48,487 nt of DNA from Oscillospiraceae bacterium (GCA_031554355.1 JAVBVJ010000035.1:1-48487); one strand, 5' to 3'; shown: positions 17,472-27,220, numbered from the stretch's first letter. Notes: generated by a model not told the origin, from the letters alone. Program-made: numbers and translations.

Positions 17472-18866
17472 ATGAGAATTGTGATCGTCGGTGACGGTAA
17501 AGTCGGTTATGCGCTGACGCGCGAGTTGTCGAAGGAAGGACACGACATCGTTGTGATCGACACCAACCCCCGTGTGTTGGACCATGTGATGGAGTCGGCC
17601 GACGTCAGTACCGTGATCGGGAACGGCGCCGTGCTGTCGGTTCAGCGCGAAGCCGGCGTCGGGGAGAGCGATCTGATGATCGCCGCGACCTCGAGCGACG
17701 AGGTGAACATTCTAAGCTGTATTCTGGCGCGGAAGCTGGGCTGCAAGAACACGATTGCCCGCGTGCGCAACACCGATTACGCCGAGCAGATGGACTTTTT
17801 AAGCGAGGAGCTGCGCCTCTCGATGACGTTCAGCCCCGAGATGCTGTCGGCGGTCGAGCTGTTCCGCATGCTCCAATACCCGACGTTTTTGGAGCGCGAT
17901 ACCTTTGCGCACGGCAAAATCGAGCTGATCGAGTTCGGCGTGCGGACAGAGAGCGGGCTGATCGGGCTGCGGCTCGAGCGGTTCGAGGAGATTGCGAAGG
18001 TGCGCGGGCTGGTTTGCGCGGTCGACCGCGACGGAAAGTCGGTGATCCCGTCCGGCAGTTTCCAGCTGGCGGAGGACGACAAGGTGACCGTTGCGACAGC
18101 GGCGAAGGATGTGCCGAAACTGGTGCGCAACCTCAGGATGACGACGCCGCGGATGCACGAGGTGACGATAGTCGGCGGCAGCAGAATCGCGTTTTTACTG
18201 GCCGAGATGCTGCTCGAGAGCAAGGTGTCGGTCAAGATCATCGAGCTGAACCACGAGCGCTGCCTGCTGCTGGCGCAGCTGCTGCCCGGCGCGATCATCG
18301 TCGAGGGCGATGGGACGTCGTCGACGCTGCTGAAAAACGAGTGTAAACTGGGCTGCGACGCATTGGTGGCATTGACCGGTCTGGACGAGGAAAATATCAT
18401 CACGGCGCTGTTCTCGAAGTATATCGGGGTGCCCAAGGCGATCCCGAAGATCAACAGCGTCGATTACGCCGCGATGCTGAGCGGCCGCGGCATCGAGTGC
18501 TACGTCAGCCCCAAGATGCTGGTCGCCGAGGACATCATGCGCTTTGTGCGCGCGATGGAGACGACCGACAACGCCATTCTCACATTGACCCGCATCGCGG
18601 GCGGCAAGGTGGAGGCGACCGAGTTTGAGGTTTGCACGAAGTTCCGCGGCCTCAACACGCCGCTGGCGGAACTCGCGATCCGTCCGCAGATTCTGGTCGC
18701 AAGCATCAACCGCGGCGGTCAGGTTATCATTCCGTCGGGCGGCGACCGGCTGCAGAACGGCGACACCGTGATTGTTGTCGCGCCGATCCGGGAGACCATC
18801 ATCAGCCTCAACGACATTCTGGTGCCCGAGGTGATCCCCGAGCTGGAAACCGGAGCGTACTTATGA
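17472..18866 (+). CDS. trkA: Trk potassium-uptake system NAD-binding subunit (tandem RCK domains)
   Basis: 464 aa with two Rossmann-type RCK-N segments (IVIVGDGKVG and VTIVGGSRIA). Confidence 0.9.
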   Translation: MRIVIVGDGKVGYALTRELSKEGHDIVVIDTNPRVLDHVMESADVSTVIGNGAVLSVQREAGVGESDLMIAATSSDEVNILSCILARKLGCKNTIARVRNTDYAEQMDFLSEELRLSMTFSPEMLSAVELFRMLQYPTFLERDTFAHGKIELIEFGVRTESGLIGLRLERFEEIAKVRGLVCAVDRDGKSVIPSGSFQLAEDDKVTVATAAKDVPKLVRNLRMTTPRMHEVTIVGGSRIAFLLAEMLLESKVSVKIIELNHERCLLLAQLLPGAIIVEGDGTSSTLLKNECKLGCDALVALTGLDEENIITALFSKYIGVPKAIPKINSVDYAAMLSGRGIECYVSPKMLVAEDIMRFVRAMETTDNAILTLTRIAGGKVEATEFEVCTKFRGLNTPLAELAIRPQILVASINRGGQVIIPSGGDRLQNGDTVIVVAPIRETIISLNDILVPEVIPELETGAYL

Positions 18867-20323
18867 ATATACGCGCGGTCGGCTTTTTTATCGGACGCAT
18901 TCTGTGGGTCGAGGCGTTCTGCATGGTTCCGGCGCTGTTCATCTGTATGGCGGACGGCGACTGGAAGGATATGCGGGCGGTGCTGGCGACGATCGCCTTG
19001 CTGCTGCTGATCGGAACGCTGCTGCTGGTGTTCAAGAGCGCGATCCGGCAGGGAACGGGCGTCAAAGAGGGGTTCGCGGTTGTTGCGCTGAGCTGGATTT
19101 TAATCTCGCTGTTCGGCGCGCTGCCCTTTTTTTTGAGCGGCGCAATGCCCGACTTCTTCGACGCTTTCTTTGAGACCGTCTCGGGATTCACAACAACGGG
19201 CGCGAGCTGTCTGACCGACGTCGAAGCGATGTCGCGCGGGCTGCTGTATTGGCGCGCCTTTACAAACTGGCTCGGCGGCATGGGTGTTCTGGCCTTTGTG
19301 CTGGTCGTCATCCCGCTGTTCTCCAAGGGCAGCGGCGACTCGATTCACATGATGCGCGCCGAGGTGCCCGGCCCCGTGATGTCGAAGGTCGCGCCGAGAA
19401 TGCGCCGCTCGACCGGCATCCTGTACGCGATATACGCCGGCATGACGGTGCTGATGATCGCGCTGCTGTGTATCGGCGGCATGCCGCTGTTCGACAGCAT
19501 CTGCCACACCTTTGCGACGGCGGGCACCGGCGGGTTCTCGACCAAAAACCTCAGCATCGGGTTCTACAACAGCTACTATATCCAGACGGTGATCGCGGTG
19601 TTCGCGATGCTGTTCGGCGTCAATTTTACGGTCTACTTTCTGCTGCTGGTCCGGGATTTCAAGACGATCCTGAAATCCAGCGAGATCTGGGTGTATTTCG
19701 GCATCAACGCCGTGGCGACCGCGCTGATCGCCGCCAACACCTACGGCATGTACACCTCGGTGCGGGATACCGTGCACCACGCCTTCTTTCAGGTCTCCAG
19801 CATCATGACGACGACGGGGTTCTCGTCGACCGACTTCGACCAGTGGCCGGCGCTGTCCAAGGCGATTCTGCTCGTGCTGATGGTGATCGGCACCTGCGCG
19901 GCGTCGACGGGCGGCGGGCTGAAGATCTCGCGGCTGATCATTCTGCTGAAATCCGCGCGCAACGAGGTGCTGAAGATCCTGTACCCGCGCTCGGTCTACG
20001 TCGTCAAGCTGGACAACAAACCGGTGTCGGAACAGACGCTGTCGGGCGTGGTGGGATACTTTACTATTTATTGTATTATCTGCGTGGTCTCGGTGCTGCT
20101 TATCGCCATCGACAAGGACGATTTCGTGTCGGCGTTCTCGGCGGTCATCGCCTGCGTCAACAACGTCGGGCCGGGGCTTGGCATGGTCGGGCCGATGCAG
20201 AACTACCACCACCTGAGTGGGTTCAGCAAGATTGTACTGAGCGCCAACATGCTGATCGGCCGGCTCGAGATCTTCCCGATGCTGCTGCTGTTCAGCCCGC
20301 GGATGTGGCGCGGCGTCCGGTAA
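18863..20323 (+). CDS. trkH: Trk/Ktr potassium-uptake membrane subunit
   Basis: ATG at 18863 overlaps the trkA stop (ATGA). 486 aa, polytopic, with repeated selectivity-filter-like segments (TTTGAS, ATAGTGGFST, TTTGFSS, AASTGGGLK). Confidence 0.9.
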   Translation: MNIRAVGFFIGRILWVEAFCMVPALFICMADGDWKDMRAVLATIALLLLIGTLLLVFKSAIRQGTGVKEGFAVVALSWILISLFGALPFFLSGAMPDFFDAFFETVSGFTTTGASCLTDVEAMSRGLLYWRAFTNWLGGMGVLAFVLVVIPLFSKGSGDSIHMMRAEVPGPVMSKVAPRMRRSTGILYAIYAGMTVLMIALLCIGGMPLFDSICHTFATAGTGGFSTKNLSIGFYNSYYIQTVIAVFAMLFGVNFTVYFLLLVRDFKTILKSSEIWVYFGINAVATALIAANTYGMYTSVRDTVHHAFFQVSSIMTTTGFSSTDFDQWPALSKAILLVLMVIGTCAASTGGGLKISRLIILLKSARNEVLKILYPRSVYVVKLDNKPVSEQTLSGVVGYFTIYCIICVVSVLLIAIDKDDFVSAFSAVIACVNNVGPGLGMVGPMQNYHHLSGFSKIVLSANMLIGRLEIFPMLLLFSPRMWRGVR

Positions 20324-20333
20324 ATAATCCAAC

Positions 20334-20362
20334 AAAAAAAGGCGGGAATGCCCGCCTTTTTT
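20334..20362. terminator. Bidirectional intrinsic terminator
   Basis: Stem ggcggg/cccgcc flanked by A7 and T6 runs, between the convergent trkH and PG-binding genes. Confidence 0.85.
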
Positions 20363-20373
20363 CTTTGCGTTTT

Positions 20374-21858
20374 TTAGTCGCCGACGCCGAACGGCAGCGA
20401 GTCGTTGAAGATGCGGATCATCACGTTCGAGGTGAGCGGGCCGACGAAGCCGTCGTGCTGCAGCAGCGAGTACGCGATCTGGAACTGGATGACGGCGTTG
20501 TGGGTCTGGGATCCGAAGATGCCGTCGATGTTGAGGTGCAGCCAGTTGTGGCCGAAAATGGCGCGGGTGCGGTTGAGGACGCTTTGGATGATGCGGACGA
20601 CCTCGCCGGTGGAGCCCATGCGGATCAGCTGGCCGACAAAGATGCAGCCGATGGGGTGGGTGAGCTGGGACTGCGCGACGGTCATGATCATGTTCCAGGT
20701 AATGGGGCCGACGACGCCGTCGTTGACCAGACAGAACATGTGCTGGAACGTGCGGACGGCGGCGGTCGTTTGGGTGCCGTAGATGCCGTCCTCGGTCAGT
20801 GGCAGAATCGAGCTGTAGATCGTGGACATCATGTTCAGCAGCCCCTGCAGCAGCTGGACGCCGGGCCCGCGGGAACCGGGACGCATGGGCAGCGAAGGGG
20901 TGACGGGCGGCTGCGGCTGCTCGGGCTGGCCAAACAGACAGTTGTAGCGCAGCACGATGGCGTTCCAGGTCAGGCGTCCGACGACGCCGTCCACGGCCAG
21001 GCCGGTGGCGGACTGGAACCGCATGACGACCGAGCGGGTCAGCGGGCCGTAGCGGCCGTCGACGTTCAGCAGCGGCGGCATGGGGTTCATCGTGACGCGC
21101 AGCGCGTTCAGATACCGCTGGATCAATGCGACGTTGGCGCCGGTGCTGCCCAGCCGCAGCGGAGTTCCGGGATACGCCGGGCTGATGACGCAGGTCGAGG
21201 AGGCGAGCACCTGCGGGTCGTTGCGGAAGATGGTCGGGGGGACCTCGAGTTCGGGATCGGGTTCGGGTTCGGGCTCTCCGCAGCCGCGGCAGCGGTCGTC
21301 GTAATCATCGCGGTCGCGACGGTCGTCGTAGCCGCGCGCGGGCGCGGTTTGCACAGGGTACGGGTAGGCAGGCGCGTCCTGAACAGGGTAGGCGGGCGCG
21401 TCGCCCATGTCCTGCCACGGACGACTGGCGACGGGGCTCTGCCACGACGGGCGCTGGTCGTAGACCGGCGGCGCGGCGTAGTCCTCGGCGACCGGGTACT
21501 CGTTCTGCGGATAAACCTCGTCGTAGCGCACGGCGTCCCGGTAGTCGTTCGAGCGGACGGGCGCGTAGACGGGCAGCGTCGGCTCGTCGAACTCGTTGAC
21601 GGGTTCCTCAGGGATCGCGGGCGGGGTCGGCGGCAGTTGCTGCTCTAACGGTGTCATGGGCATGGCGTTGATTTCCTCTCGAATTTGTTGCGGAACCGGC
21701 GCGGGGTCGGCGGGAATTTCCGCGGCTGGCCGGACGGGTTTCGGCGCGGGTTTGAGGCTTGAAACAGGATAGATGACAGGCGGAACAGACGCTGTCGGAG
21801 CGGCAGCCGGTGTTCCCTCCTGCTCGGGTTGGGTGATATCTCTCAAAACACGGTACAT
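20374..21858 (-). CDS. Protein with three peptidoglycan-binding (PG_binding_1-like) repeats and a Pro/Tyr/Asp-rich N-terminal half
   Basis: 494 aa. The C-terminal half has three copies of GSxGxxVxxxQxxLN...DGxxGxxTxxAVxxFQ. The N-terminal ~220 aa are low-complexity. No signal peptide or TM segment is visible. AAGGAG RBS. Confidence 0.7.
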   Translation of the reverse strand: MYRVLRDITQPEQEGTPAAAPTASVPPVIYPVSSLKPAPKPVRPAAEIPADPAPVPQQIREEINAMPMTPLEQQLPPTPPAIPEEPVNEFDEPTLPVYAPVRSNDYRDAVRYDEVYPQNEYPVAEDYAAPPVYDQRPSWQSPVASRPWQDMGDAPAYPVQDAPAYPYPVQTAPARGYDDRRDRDDYDDRCRGCGEPEPEPDPELEVPPTIFRNDPQVLASSTCVISPAYPGTPLRLGSTGANVALIQRYLNALRVTMNPMPPLLNVDGRYGPLTRSVVMRFQSATGLAVDGVVGRLTWNAIVLRYNCLFGQPEQPQPPVTPSLPMRPGSRGPGVQLLQGLLNMMSTIYSSILPLTEDGIYGTQTTAAVRTFQHMFCLVNDGVVGPITWNMIMTVAQSQLTHPIGCIFVGQLIRMGSTGEVVRIIQSVLNRTRAIFGHNWLHLNIDGIFGSQTHNAVIQFQIAYSLLQHDGFVGPLTSNVMIRIFNDSLPFGVGD

Positions 21859-21915
21859 AATCTGCGCTCCTTTCTCAAATTACAATATGCGAAAAAACAG
21901 GAAATGTGACAGCGC

Positions 21916-21951
21916 AAAAAAACAGACGCGACCTCGTCGCGTCTGTTTTTT
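21916..21951. terminator. Bidirectional intrinsic terminator
   Basis: 10-bp stem cagacgcgac/gtcgcgtctg flanked by A7 and T6 runs. Ends the - strand carboxyltransferase operon. Confidence 0.85.
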
Positions 21952-21961
21952 ATTGCGGAAT

Positions 21962-23365
21962 TTACATCGGGTGCACTTTGTTGGTTTTGTCGAGATGATC
22001 GGCGTCGATGTCCAGTTGCTTGGCGCGGCGCGTCTCGAAAAACTTGGTGGCGACCTGCGGGAATTGGGCGTAACTGAGGACGTCCTCCTCCTGCTCGGTC
22101 CACTGTTTGCACTCGTCGCGCAGTTTGTCGAGCTCGGGGGAAAGCAGGTCGGCGGGGCGGCAGGTGATGGGCTGCTCGCCGTCGAGGATCTTTTTCTGGA
22201 ACGCGGGGTCGATGGGGGCGGGGGTACGGCCGTACTCGCCGCGGACAAGGCCCTTGAACTCCTTGGTGACCATCTTGTAGCGCTCGCCGGTGATGACGTT
22301 GAATACGGCCTGCGACCCGACGATCTGGGAGGTCGGCGTAACGAGCGGCGGGTAGCCGGAATCCTGCCGGACGCGCGGGATCTCCTGCAGCACATCGATC
22401 AGCTGGTCGCCCTTGCCGGCGTCCTTCAGCTGTTTCAGCAGGTTGCTGAGCATGCCGCCCGGAACCTGATAGAGCAAGGTGTTGGCGTCGACGCCCAGCA
22501 TCTTGGGATCGAGCGAGCCGTTTTTGAGGTACTTGACGCGCAGCGTCTCAAAGTAGGCGCGGACCTCGTCGAGCTTGACGAGATCGAGCCCGGTGTCGTA
22601 GTCGGTTCCCTGCAGCGCGGCGACCATCGATTCGGTCGCCATGTGCGAGGCGCCCATCGCGAGCGGCGACATCGCGGTGTCCACCATCTCGGCGCCGGCT
22701 TCGATGCCTTTCAGCAGCGACATCGAGGCGAGGCCGGAGGTGTAGTGCGAGTGCAGCTGGATGGGGATCTTGACGTTTTTCTTGATCGCGGAGACCAGCT
22801 CGAAGGTGCTGTACGGCGTCAGCAGGCCGGCCATGTCCTTGATACAGATCGAGTCGGCGCCGGCGTTTTCAAGATCCTTCGCGAACTTCGCGAAGTGCTC
22901 GTTGTTGTGAACGGGCGACAAGGTGTAGCAGATGCAGGCCTGGAGATGCGCGCCCTCTTTTTTGGAGGCGTTGATGGCGGTCTGCATGTTCCGGAAGTCG
23001 TTGACCGCGTCGAACACGCGCATGATGTCGATGCCGTTGGCAACCGAGCGCTGCACAAAGTACTGAACAACGTCGTCGGCGTAGTGGCGGTAACCCAGCA
23101 TGTTCTGGCCGCGGAACAGCATCTGGAGTTTCGTGTTCGGCATCTCGCGGCGCAGAATGCGCAGGCGCTCCCACGGGTCCTCGTCGAGGAAGCGCAGGCA
23201 GGCGTCGAATGTCGCGCCGCCCCACACCTCGGCGGAGTAGTAGCCGATTTTGTCCATCGTCGACAGGATGGGAAGCATCTCATCCATGGTCATGCGGGTG
23301 GCGATCAGCGACTGATGCGCGTCGCGCAGCACGACCTCGGTAATTTTGATTTGTCGTTTAGCCAT
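21962..23365 (-). CDS. Pyruvate/oxaloacetate carboxyltransferase subunit (5S / OadA-N-like, no biotinyl domain)
   Basis: 467 aa. ITEVVLRDAHQSL...WGGATFD...FRGQNMLGYRHY are typical of the HMGL-like TIM-barrel carboxyltransferase of transcarboxylase 5S, OadA and PycB. Confidence 0.85.
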   Translation of the reverse strand: MAKRQIKITEVVLRDAHQSLIATRMTMDEMLPILSTMDKIGYYSAEVWGGATFDACLRFLDEDPWERLRILRREMPNTKLQMLFRGQNMLGYRHYADDVVQYFVQRSVANGIDIMRVFDAVNDFRNMQTAINASKKEGAHLQACICYTLSPVHNNEHFAKFAKDLENAGADSICIKDMAGLLTPYSTFELVSAIKKNVKIPIQLHSHYTSGLASMSLLKGIEAGAEMVDTAMSPLAMGASHMATESMVAALQGTDYDTGLDLVKLDEVRAYFETLRVKYLKNGSLDPKMLGVDANTLLYQVPGGMLSNLLKQLKDAGKGDQLIDVLQEIPRVRQDSGYPPLVTPTSQIVGSQAVFNVITGERYKMVTKEFKGLVRGEYGRTPAPIDPAFQKKILDGEQPITCRPADLLSPELDKLRDECKQWTEQEEDVLSYAQFPQVATKFFETRRAKQLDIDADHLDKTNKVHPM

Positions 23366-23378
23366 CTCGCTGCCCGCC

Positions 23379-23789
23379 TTAACCGATCACAACAAGCATG
23401 TCGCCGGTTGAAACCATATCGCCCTTGTTGACGCCGACCGCGGTGATGGTGCCGTTCGACGGCGAGGTGATGTCGTTCTCCATCTTCATGGCCTCGAGCA
23501 CGACGAGCTTGTCCCCGGTCTTCACGGTCGCGCCGACCTGTACCTTGACGTCGAGGATATTGCCGGGCATCGGCGCGTTGACGCGGGTGCCGCCGGTCGG
23601 GACGGGAGCGGGTGTGGGTGCGGGCGCCGGCGCAGCGGCGGCAGCGGGTGCCGGGGCGGCGGGCGCGACGGGGGCAGGCGCCGGAGCGGGGACGGCAACC
23701 GGTGCGGGTGTGAGAACGGCATCGGCGCCGAGCTCCTCAACGGTGACGTTGTAGGGCTGACCGTTTACGGTGATGTTGAATTTTCTCAT
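23379..23789 (-). CDS. Biotin carboxyl carrier protein (1.3S-like)
   Basis: 136 aa with an Ala/Pro linker and the biotinylation motif EAMKMEN. Confidence 0.9.
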   Translation of the reverse strand: MRKFNITVNGQPYNVTVEELGADAVLTPAPVAVPAPAPAPVAPAAPAPAAAAAPAPAPTPAPVPTGGTRVNAPMPGNILDVKVQVGATVKTGDKLVVLEAMKMENDITSPSNGTITAVGVNKGDMVSTGDMLVVIG

Positions 23790-23804
23790 GGTGAACTCCT
23801 CCGG

Positions 23805-25136
23805 TTAAAGCGGCATGTTGCCGTGTTTTTTTGGCAGACGGGAGACGCGCTTGGCAGAGAGCAGGTCGAGCGCGGAGATGAGCTGGATGCGGGTGGATTC
23901 GGGGGCGATGACGGCGTCGATCGCGCCGGCTTCCGCCGCTTTCTGCGCGCTCGCGACGGTGGCCGCGTACTCGGCGCCCAGCGTCTCGAGATCGCCGCTC
24001 TCGGTGATGCGGTCCTCCCACAAAAGGGCGGCCGCCGCTTTGGGCGCGAGCGGGCTGATGACGGCGTCGGGCCAGGCGTAGGAAAGGTCGCACCCGGCGT
24101 TCTGTCCGCAGAAAACGCTGTACGCGGCGCCGATCGCCTCGCCGTTGATCACGCTGATCTTGGCGGAGGTCGTCTCGGCCAGCACATGGGCGAGACGGGC
24201 GGCGCTGCGGATGCCCTCGTGGACATCGTTGTCGGCCGACTTGAGGAAGCCCGGCGTGTTGATAAAGGTGATGACCGGCAGATTGAACGCGTCGCAGATC
24301 TCGATGAGGCGCGCCATCTTTGCGGTGTCCTCGCGGCACAGCTCGCCGCGCGTCGCGATCAGGCCGCAGGGGGTTCCGCCGATCGTCGCCATCGTGGTGC
24401 GCGCACCGCCGCCCATCTCGGTGAACAGCAACAGCACGCTCTCGCTGTCCGCGACATTGTAGATCGGGCACTCGTCGGGATCGTAGGCGGGCTCGGCGAA
24501 ATCGGTGACGGGCAGCGCCGACAGGTTGTTGAGCGGCAGCAGCCCCGCCAGTTTCGCGGCGGCGGCCAGCGCCTCGGTCTCGGTCTCGCAGCCCAGCGCC
24601 GCGACGCCGGATTTGAGGGCGTAGCTCATCGAGCCGACGTCGGCGATCCTGCCGCCCTTCGCCTTATCGGTGAACGCCGGTGTCAGGAACAGCTCGCCGC
24701 TCTTGGCCATAATACAAAAATCGGCCATCGCGGCACAGAGCGCCATGGTTCCGCCGCAAGGGCCCAACACAACAGCGATCTGCGGCACAACGCCCGACAG
24801 CTCCGAGACACGGCGCAGCATTTTGGAGGCGGATTTCAGCGCCTTGAATCCGTCGTCGATCCGAACGCCTTTCGAATCGTAAATCGTGATAACCGGAGAG
24901 CCGGTCTTGGCGGCAAGTTCGTAGACTTTCGCGAATTTGCGCGCCTGCATCCGTCCGACGACGCCGTCGTCCTCCGTGGCGGTCTGGCAAAACGCAAAAA
25001 CCGTCGCGCCGCCGACAGAACCGTAACCCGCGCGCGCGCCGCCGTTGTTCCCGGCGTCAATTTCCACGAAGTAACCGTCGTCAAACAACGAGGCCAAACG
25101 GACCGATGCAATGTCTTTTTGCAGTTCCTGAGACAT
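23805..25136 (-). CDS. Acyl-CoA carboxyltransferase subunit (12S/PccB-like, short form)
   Basis: Start at the ATG 25134-25136 (MSQELQKD...). 443 aa with two crotonase-like carboxyltransferase halves and a C-terminal KKHGNMPL tail typical of PccB/MmdA-type proteins. Confidence 0.8.
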   Translation of the reverse strand: MSQELQKDIASVRLASLFDDGYFVEIDAGNNGGARAGYGSVGGATVFAFCQTATEDDGVVGRMQARKFAKVYELAAKTGSPVITIYDSKGVRIDDGFKALKSASKMLRRVSELSGVVPQIAVVLGPCGGTMALCAAMADFCIMAKSGELFLTPAFTDKAKGGRIADVGSMSYALKSGVAALGCETETEALAAAAKLAGLLPLNNLSALPVTDFAEPAYDPDECPIYNVADSESVLLLFTEMGGGARTTMATIGGTPCGLIATRGELCREDTAKMARLIEICDAFNLPVITFINTPGFLKSADNDVHEGIRSAARLAHVLAETTSAKISVINGEAIGAAYSVFCGQNAGCDLSYAWPDAVISPLAPKAAAALLWEDRITESGDLETLGAEYAATVASAQKAAEAGAIDAVIAPESTRIQLISALDLLSAKRVSRLPKKHGNMPL

Positions 25137-25281
25137 CTGGTGTACCTTCTTTCGAATGATGAATGCAGCGGCAACCGGCTTCCGTGAGCCGGCGGCCAAA
25201 TCGAAATCATAATAGCACATTTTTCATAGTATTGCAAGGAACCCGGTCGCATAGACCGGCATTTCGGTCACTTTTTTTCGA

Positions 25282-25314
25282 CAAAAAGAAAGGATGCGAA
25301 AGCACCCTTTCTTT
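25282..25314 (-). terminator. Intrinsic terminator after the GHMP kinase gene
   Basis: Imperfect stem aagaaagg.tgc/gca.cctttctt followed by a T run on the - strand. Confidence 0.65.
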
Positions 25315-25326
25315 ATAATAAAACCA

Positions 25327-26619
25327 TTATAAATGGAAATCCGCCGGAACAACCAGCCCGCCGCGGGGACGAATCGACGCGGGGTAGCAGCAGCCCGGCG
25401 AAAAGACCTGCTCCATCGCCGCGAGATAGGCCGCGAGCTGCGCGGTCGGCACCAAGACCTGAATCGTGCCCGCAAAACCGCCGCCGTGCACGCGGCAGGC
25501 ACCCTGTCCGCCCAGCAGCTGTTTCGACAGCGCCAGCGCCAGCGAGACGCTGCGCTCGGCCGACGCGGCGGGATAGATGTTCTGCAACTGGCGGAGCGAG
25601 GAGTCCCCCGAGGCGTTCATCAGCGCACAAAAACGTGCGTAATCGCCGCTCCGCAGCGCCGCGACCTCCTCGAGGACGCAGGCGTCGTCGGCGAAAAAGT
25701 GCATCGCGCGCAGCAGTGCGCGGTCGCCGGTTTGCGCGCGGATGCTGCCGATCTTCTCAAAGAAGTCTTTCGGCGACACCTGCGACAGCACCTCGCTGCC
25801 GAGCGCCGCCGCGACGGCGCGCATCTCGGCCGGGATAGCGGCGTACTCGTCGCTCAGGTCGGCGTGGGAGCCGCCCGCGTTGACAAGGCAGAGCGTGTAG
25901 CCGTGTGCCTCGAAGTCGACCGGTATCTGCTCGAAGACGGGGCTGTCCGCATTCACGAAATCGATGGCGACAACGCTGCCGAGCGCGCAGGCCATCTGGT
26001 CCATCAGCCCGCAGGGTTTTCCGAACCAGCGGTTTTCGGCGGCCTGCCCGATTCGCGCGACGGTCGGCAGGTCAGGCGCCTGATCGCCGTTGTACAGCCC
26101 GCGCAGCAGCATGCCGGCCAGCACCTCGAACGCCGCCGAGGACGACAGGCCGCTGCCGGTCGGAATATCCGACGACTGTACGGCGTCGATGCCGCCGGTG
26201 CGAAGCCCAAGCGCGGCAAATCCCGCCGCGACACCGCGGATCAGCGCCGCCGAGCGGCTGATCTCGTCGGGGTGGACGGCGAGATCCGCCGTGTCGACGC
26301 AGTCGGGCTCGAACCCGCGCGAGATCAGGTGAATCGTCGTGTCGCTGCGCGGCGCGGCCACCGCGATCATGTCCATGGTGACGGCGCCCGCCAGCACATG
26401 CCCGCGCTGGTGGTCGGTGTGGTTGCCGCCGAGTTCGGTGCGGCCCGGCGCGCTGAAGATGCCGCACGGCGTCTCGCCGAACCGGTCGGCGAATTCCGCC
26501 AGCAGGCCGAGATAGCGCGCGGACTGGTCGCGGAACCGGTCGGGATAGAGCGCGCGGAAAAAAGCGTCGGCGTCGCCGCGCTCGATTTGTGTTTTCCATC
26601 GGGAGGCCGTTTGCAGCAT
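25327..26619 (-). CDS. Galactokinase-family (GHMP) sugar kinase
   Basis: 430 aa. Galactokinase-signature-like GRTELGGNHTDHQ and the GHMP ATP motif PTGSGLSSSAA. AAGGAG RBS. Confidence 0.8.
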   Translation of the reverse strand: MLQTASRWKTQIERGDADAFFRALYPDRFRDQSARYLGLLAEFADRFGETPCGIFSAPGRTELGGNHTDHQRGHVLAGAVTMDMIAVAAPRSDTTIHLISRGFEPDCVDTADLAVHPDEISRSAALIRGVAAGFAALGLRTGGIDAVQSSDIPTGSGLSSSAAFEVLAGMLLRGLYNGDQAPDLPTVARIGQAAENRWFGKPCGLMDQMACALGSVVAIDFVNADSPVFEQIPVDFEAHGYTLCLVNAGGSHADLSDEYAAIPAEMRAVAAALGSEVLSQVSPKDFFEKIGSIRAQTGDRALLRAMHFFADDACVLEEVAALRSGDYARFCALMNASGDSSLRQLQNIYPAASAERSVSLALALSKQLLGGQGACRVHGGGFAGTIQVLVPTAQLAAYLAAMEQVFSPGCCYPASIRPRGGLVVPADFHL

Positions 26620-26662
26620 AGAGGCTCCTTACAAAGCCGCCGTTGCGGCGGCTTGATGTGTG

Positions 26663-27046
26663 TTATACGGTGATCTCGACCTCGTTGCCGTCGGGATCGA
26701 GGACGGCGCTCTCGTAGAACCCGTCGCCGGTGAAGCGCGGCTCGTTCAGCACCGTGTAGCCATCGCGCTGAAGCCGTTCGGTCAGCGAATCGACCGCCGA
26801 GGTGCTGCCGGCGGACATCGACAGATGCGCGTAGCCGATGTTGCGGCCCTCGGCCTTGCTGATGATGTGGGGACGGCGCATGAGCTCCAGCAGCGCGCCG
26901 CCGTCGTCGAAACTTAAGAAAAACGACGCGAAGCCGGTCTGCGGGTTTTCGTACAGGTCGTTGGAGGACGCCCCGAAATAGGTGACATAAAAATCGCGCA
27001 AGGTCTCCAGCTGATCGGTGTAGATCGCGATGTGTCCGATTAACAT
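26663..27046 (-). CDS. VOC/glyoxalase-family protein
   Basis: 127 aa from the ATG at 27044-27046 (MLIGHIAIYT...). The C-terminal DPDGNEVEI is typical of VOC proteins. Confidence 0.75.
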   Translation of the reverse strand: MLIGHIAIYTDQLETLRDFYVTYFGASSNDLYENPQTGFASFFLSFDDGGALLELMRRPHIISKAEGRNIGYAHLSMSAGSTSAVDSLTERLQRDGYTVLNEPRFTGDGFYESAVLDPDGNEVEITV

Positions 27047-27220
27047 AACAGCACCCCACTTCCATATTCCGTACTCTATTAGTTTACCGCAATAAAATGC
27101 GTTTCGCAACTGGAAAAGACAACAAAAACTTTGGCGAAATGGTGGATTTCTGAGGCAGCCGGGAATCATTTGTGCTGCGGGCGGAAAAATGATAAAATAA
27201 ACTATCGGAGGGCAACCAAA

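Noticed and set aside
19100-21648. Long ORFs (19100-20335 on the - strand, 19249-21648 on the + strand) overlapping trkH and the PG-binding gene
   Set aside because: Arg/Asp/Gly-rich, and they read through a strong bidirectional terminator. They overlap genes with clear membrane or domain signatures.
21962-25136. Interpretation as a Na+-translocating oxaloacetate/methylmalonyl-CoA decarboxylase
   Set aside because: No integral-membrane beta subunit or small gamma/delta subunit is encoded in or next to the operon.
21773-26673. + strand ORFs 21773-23431, 23823-25187 and 25333-26673 opposite the carboxyltransferase and GHMP kinase genes
   Set aside because: Same shadow-ORF composition. The - strand genes carry biotinylation, CT and GHMP motifs.
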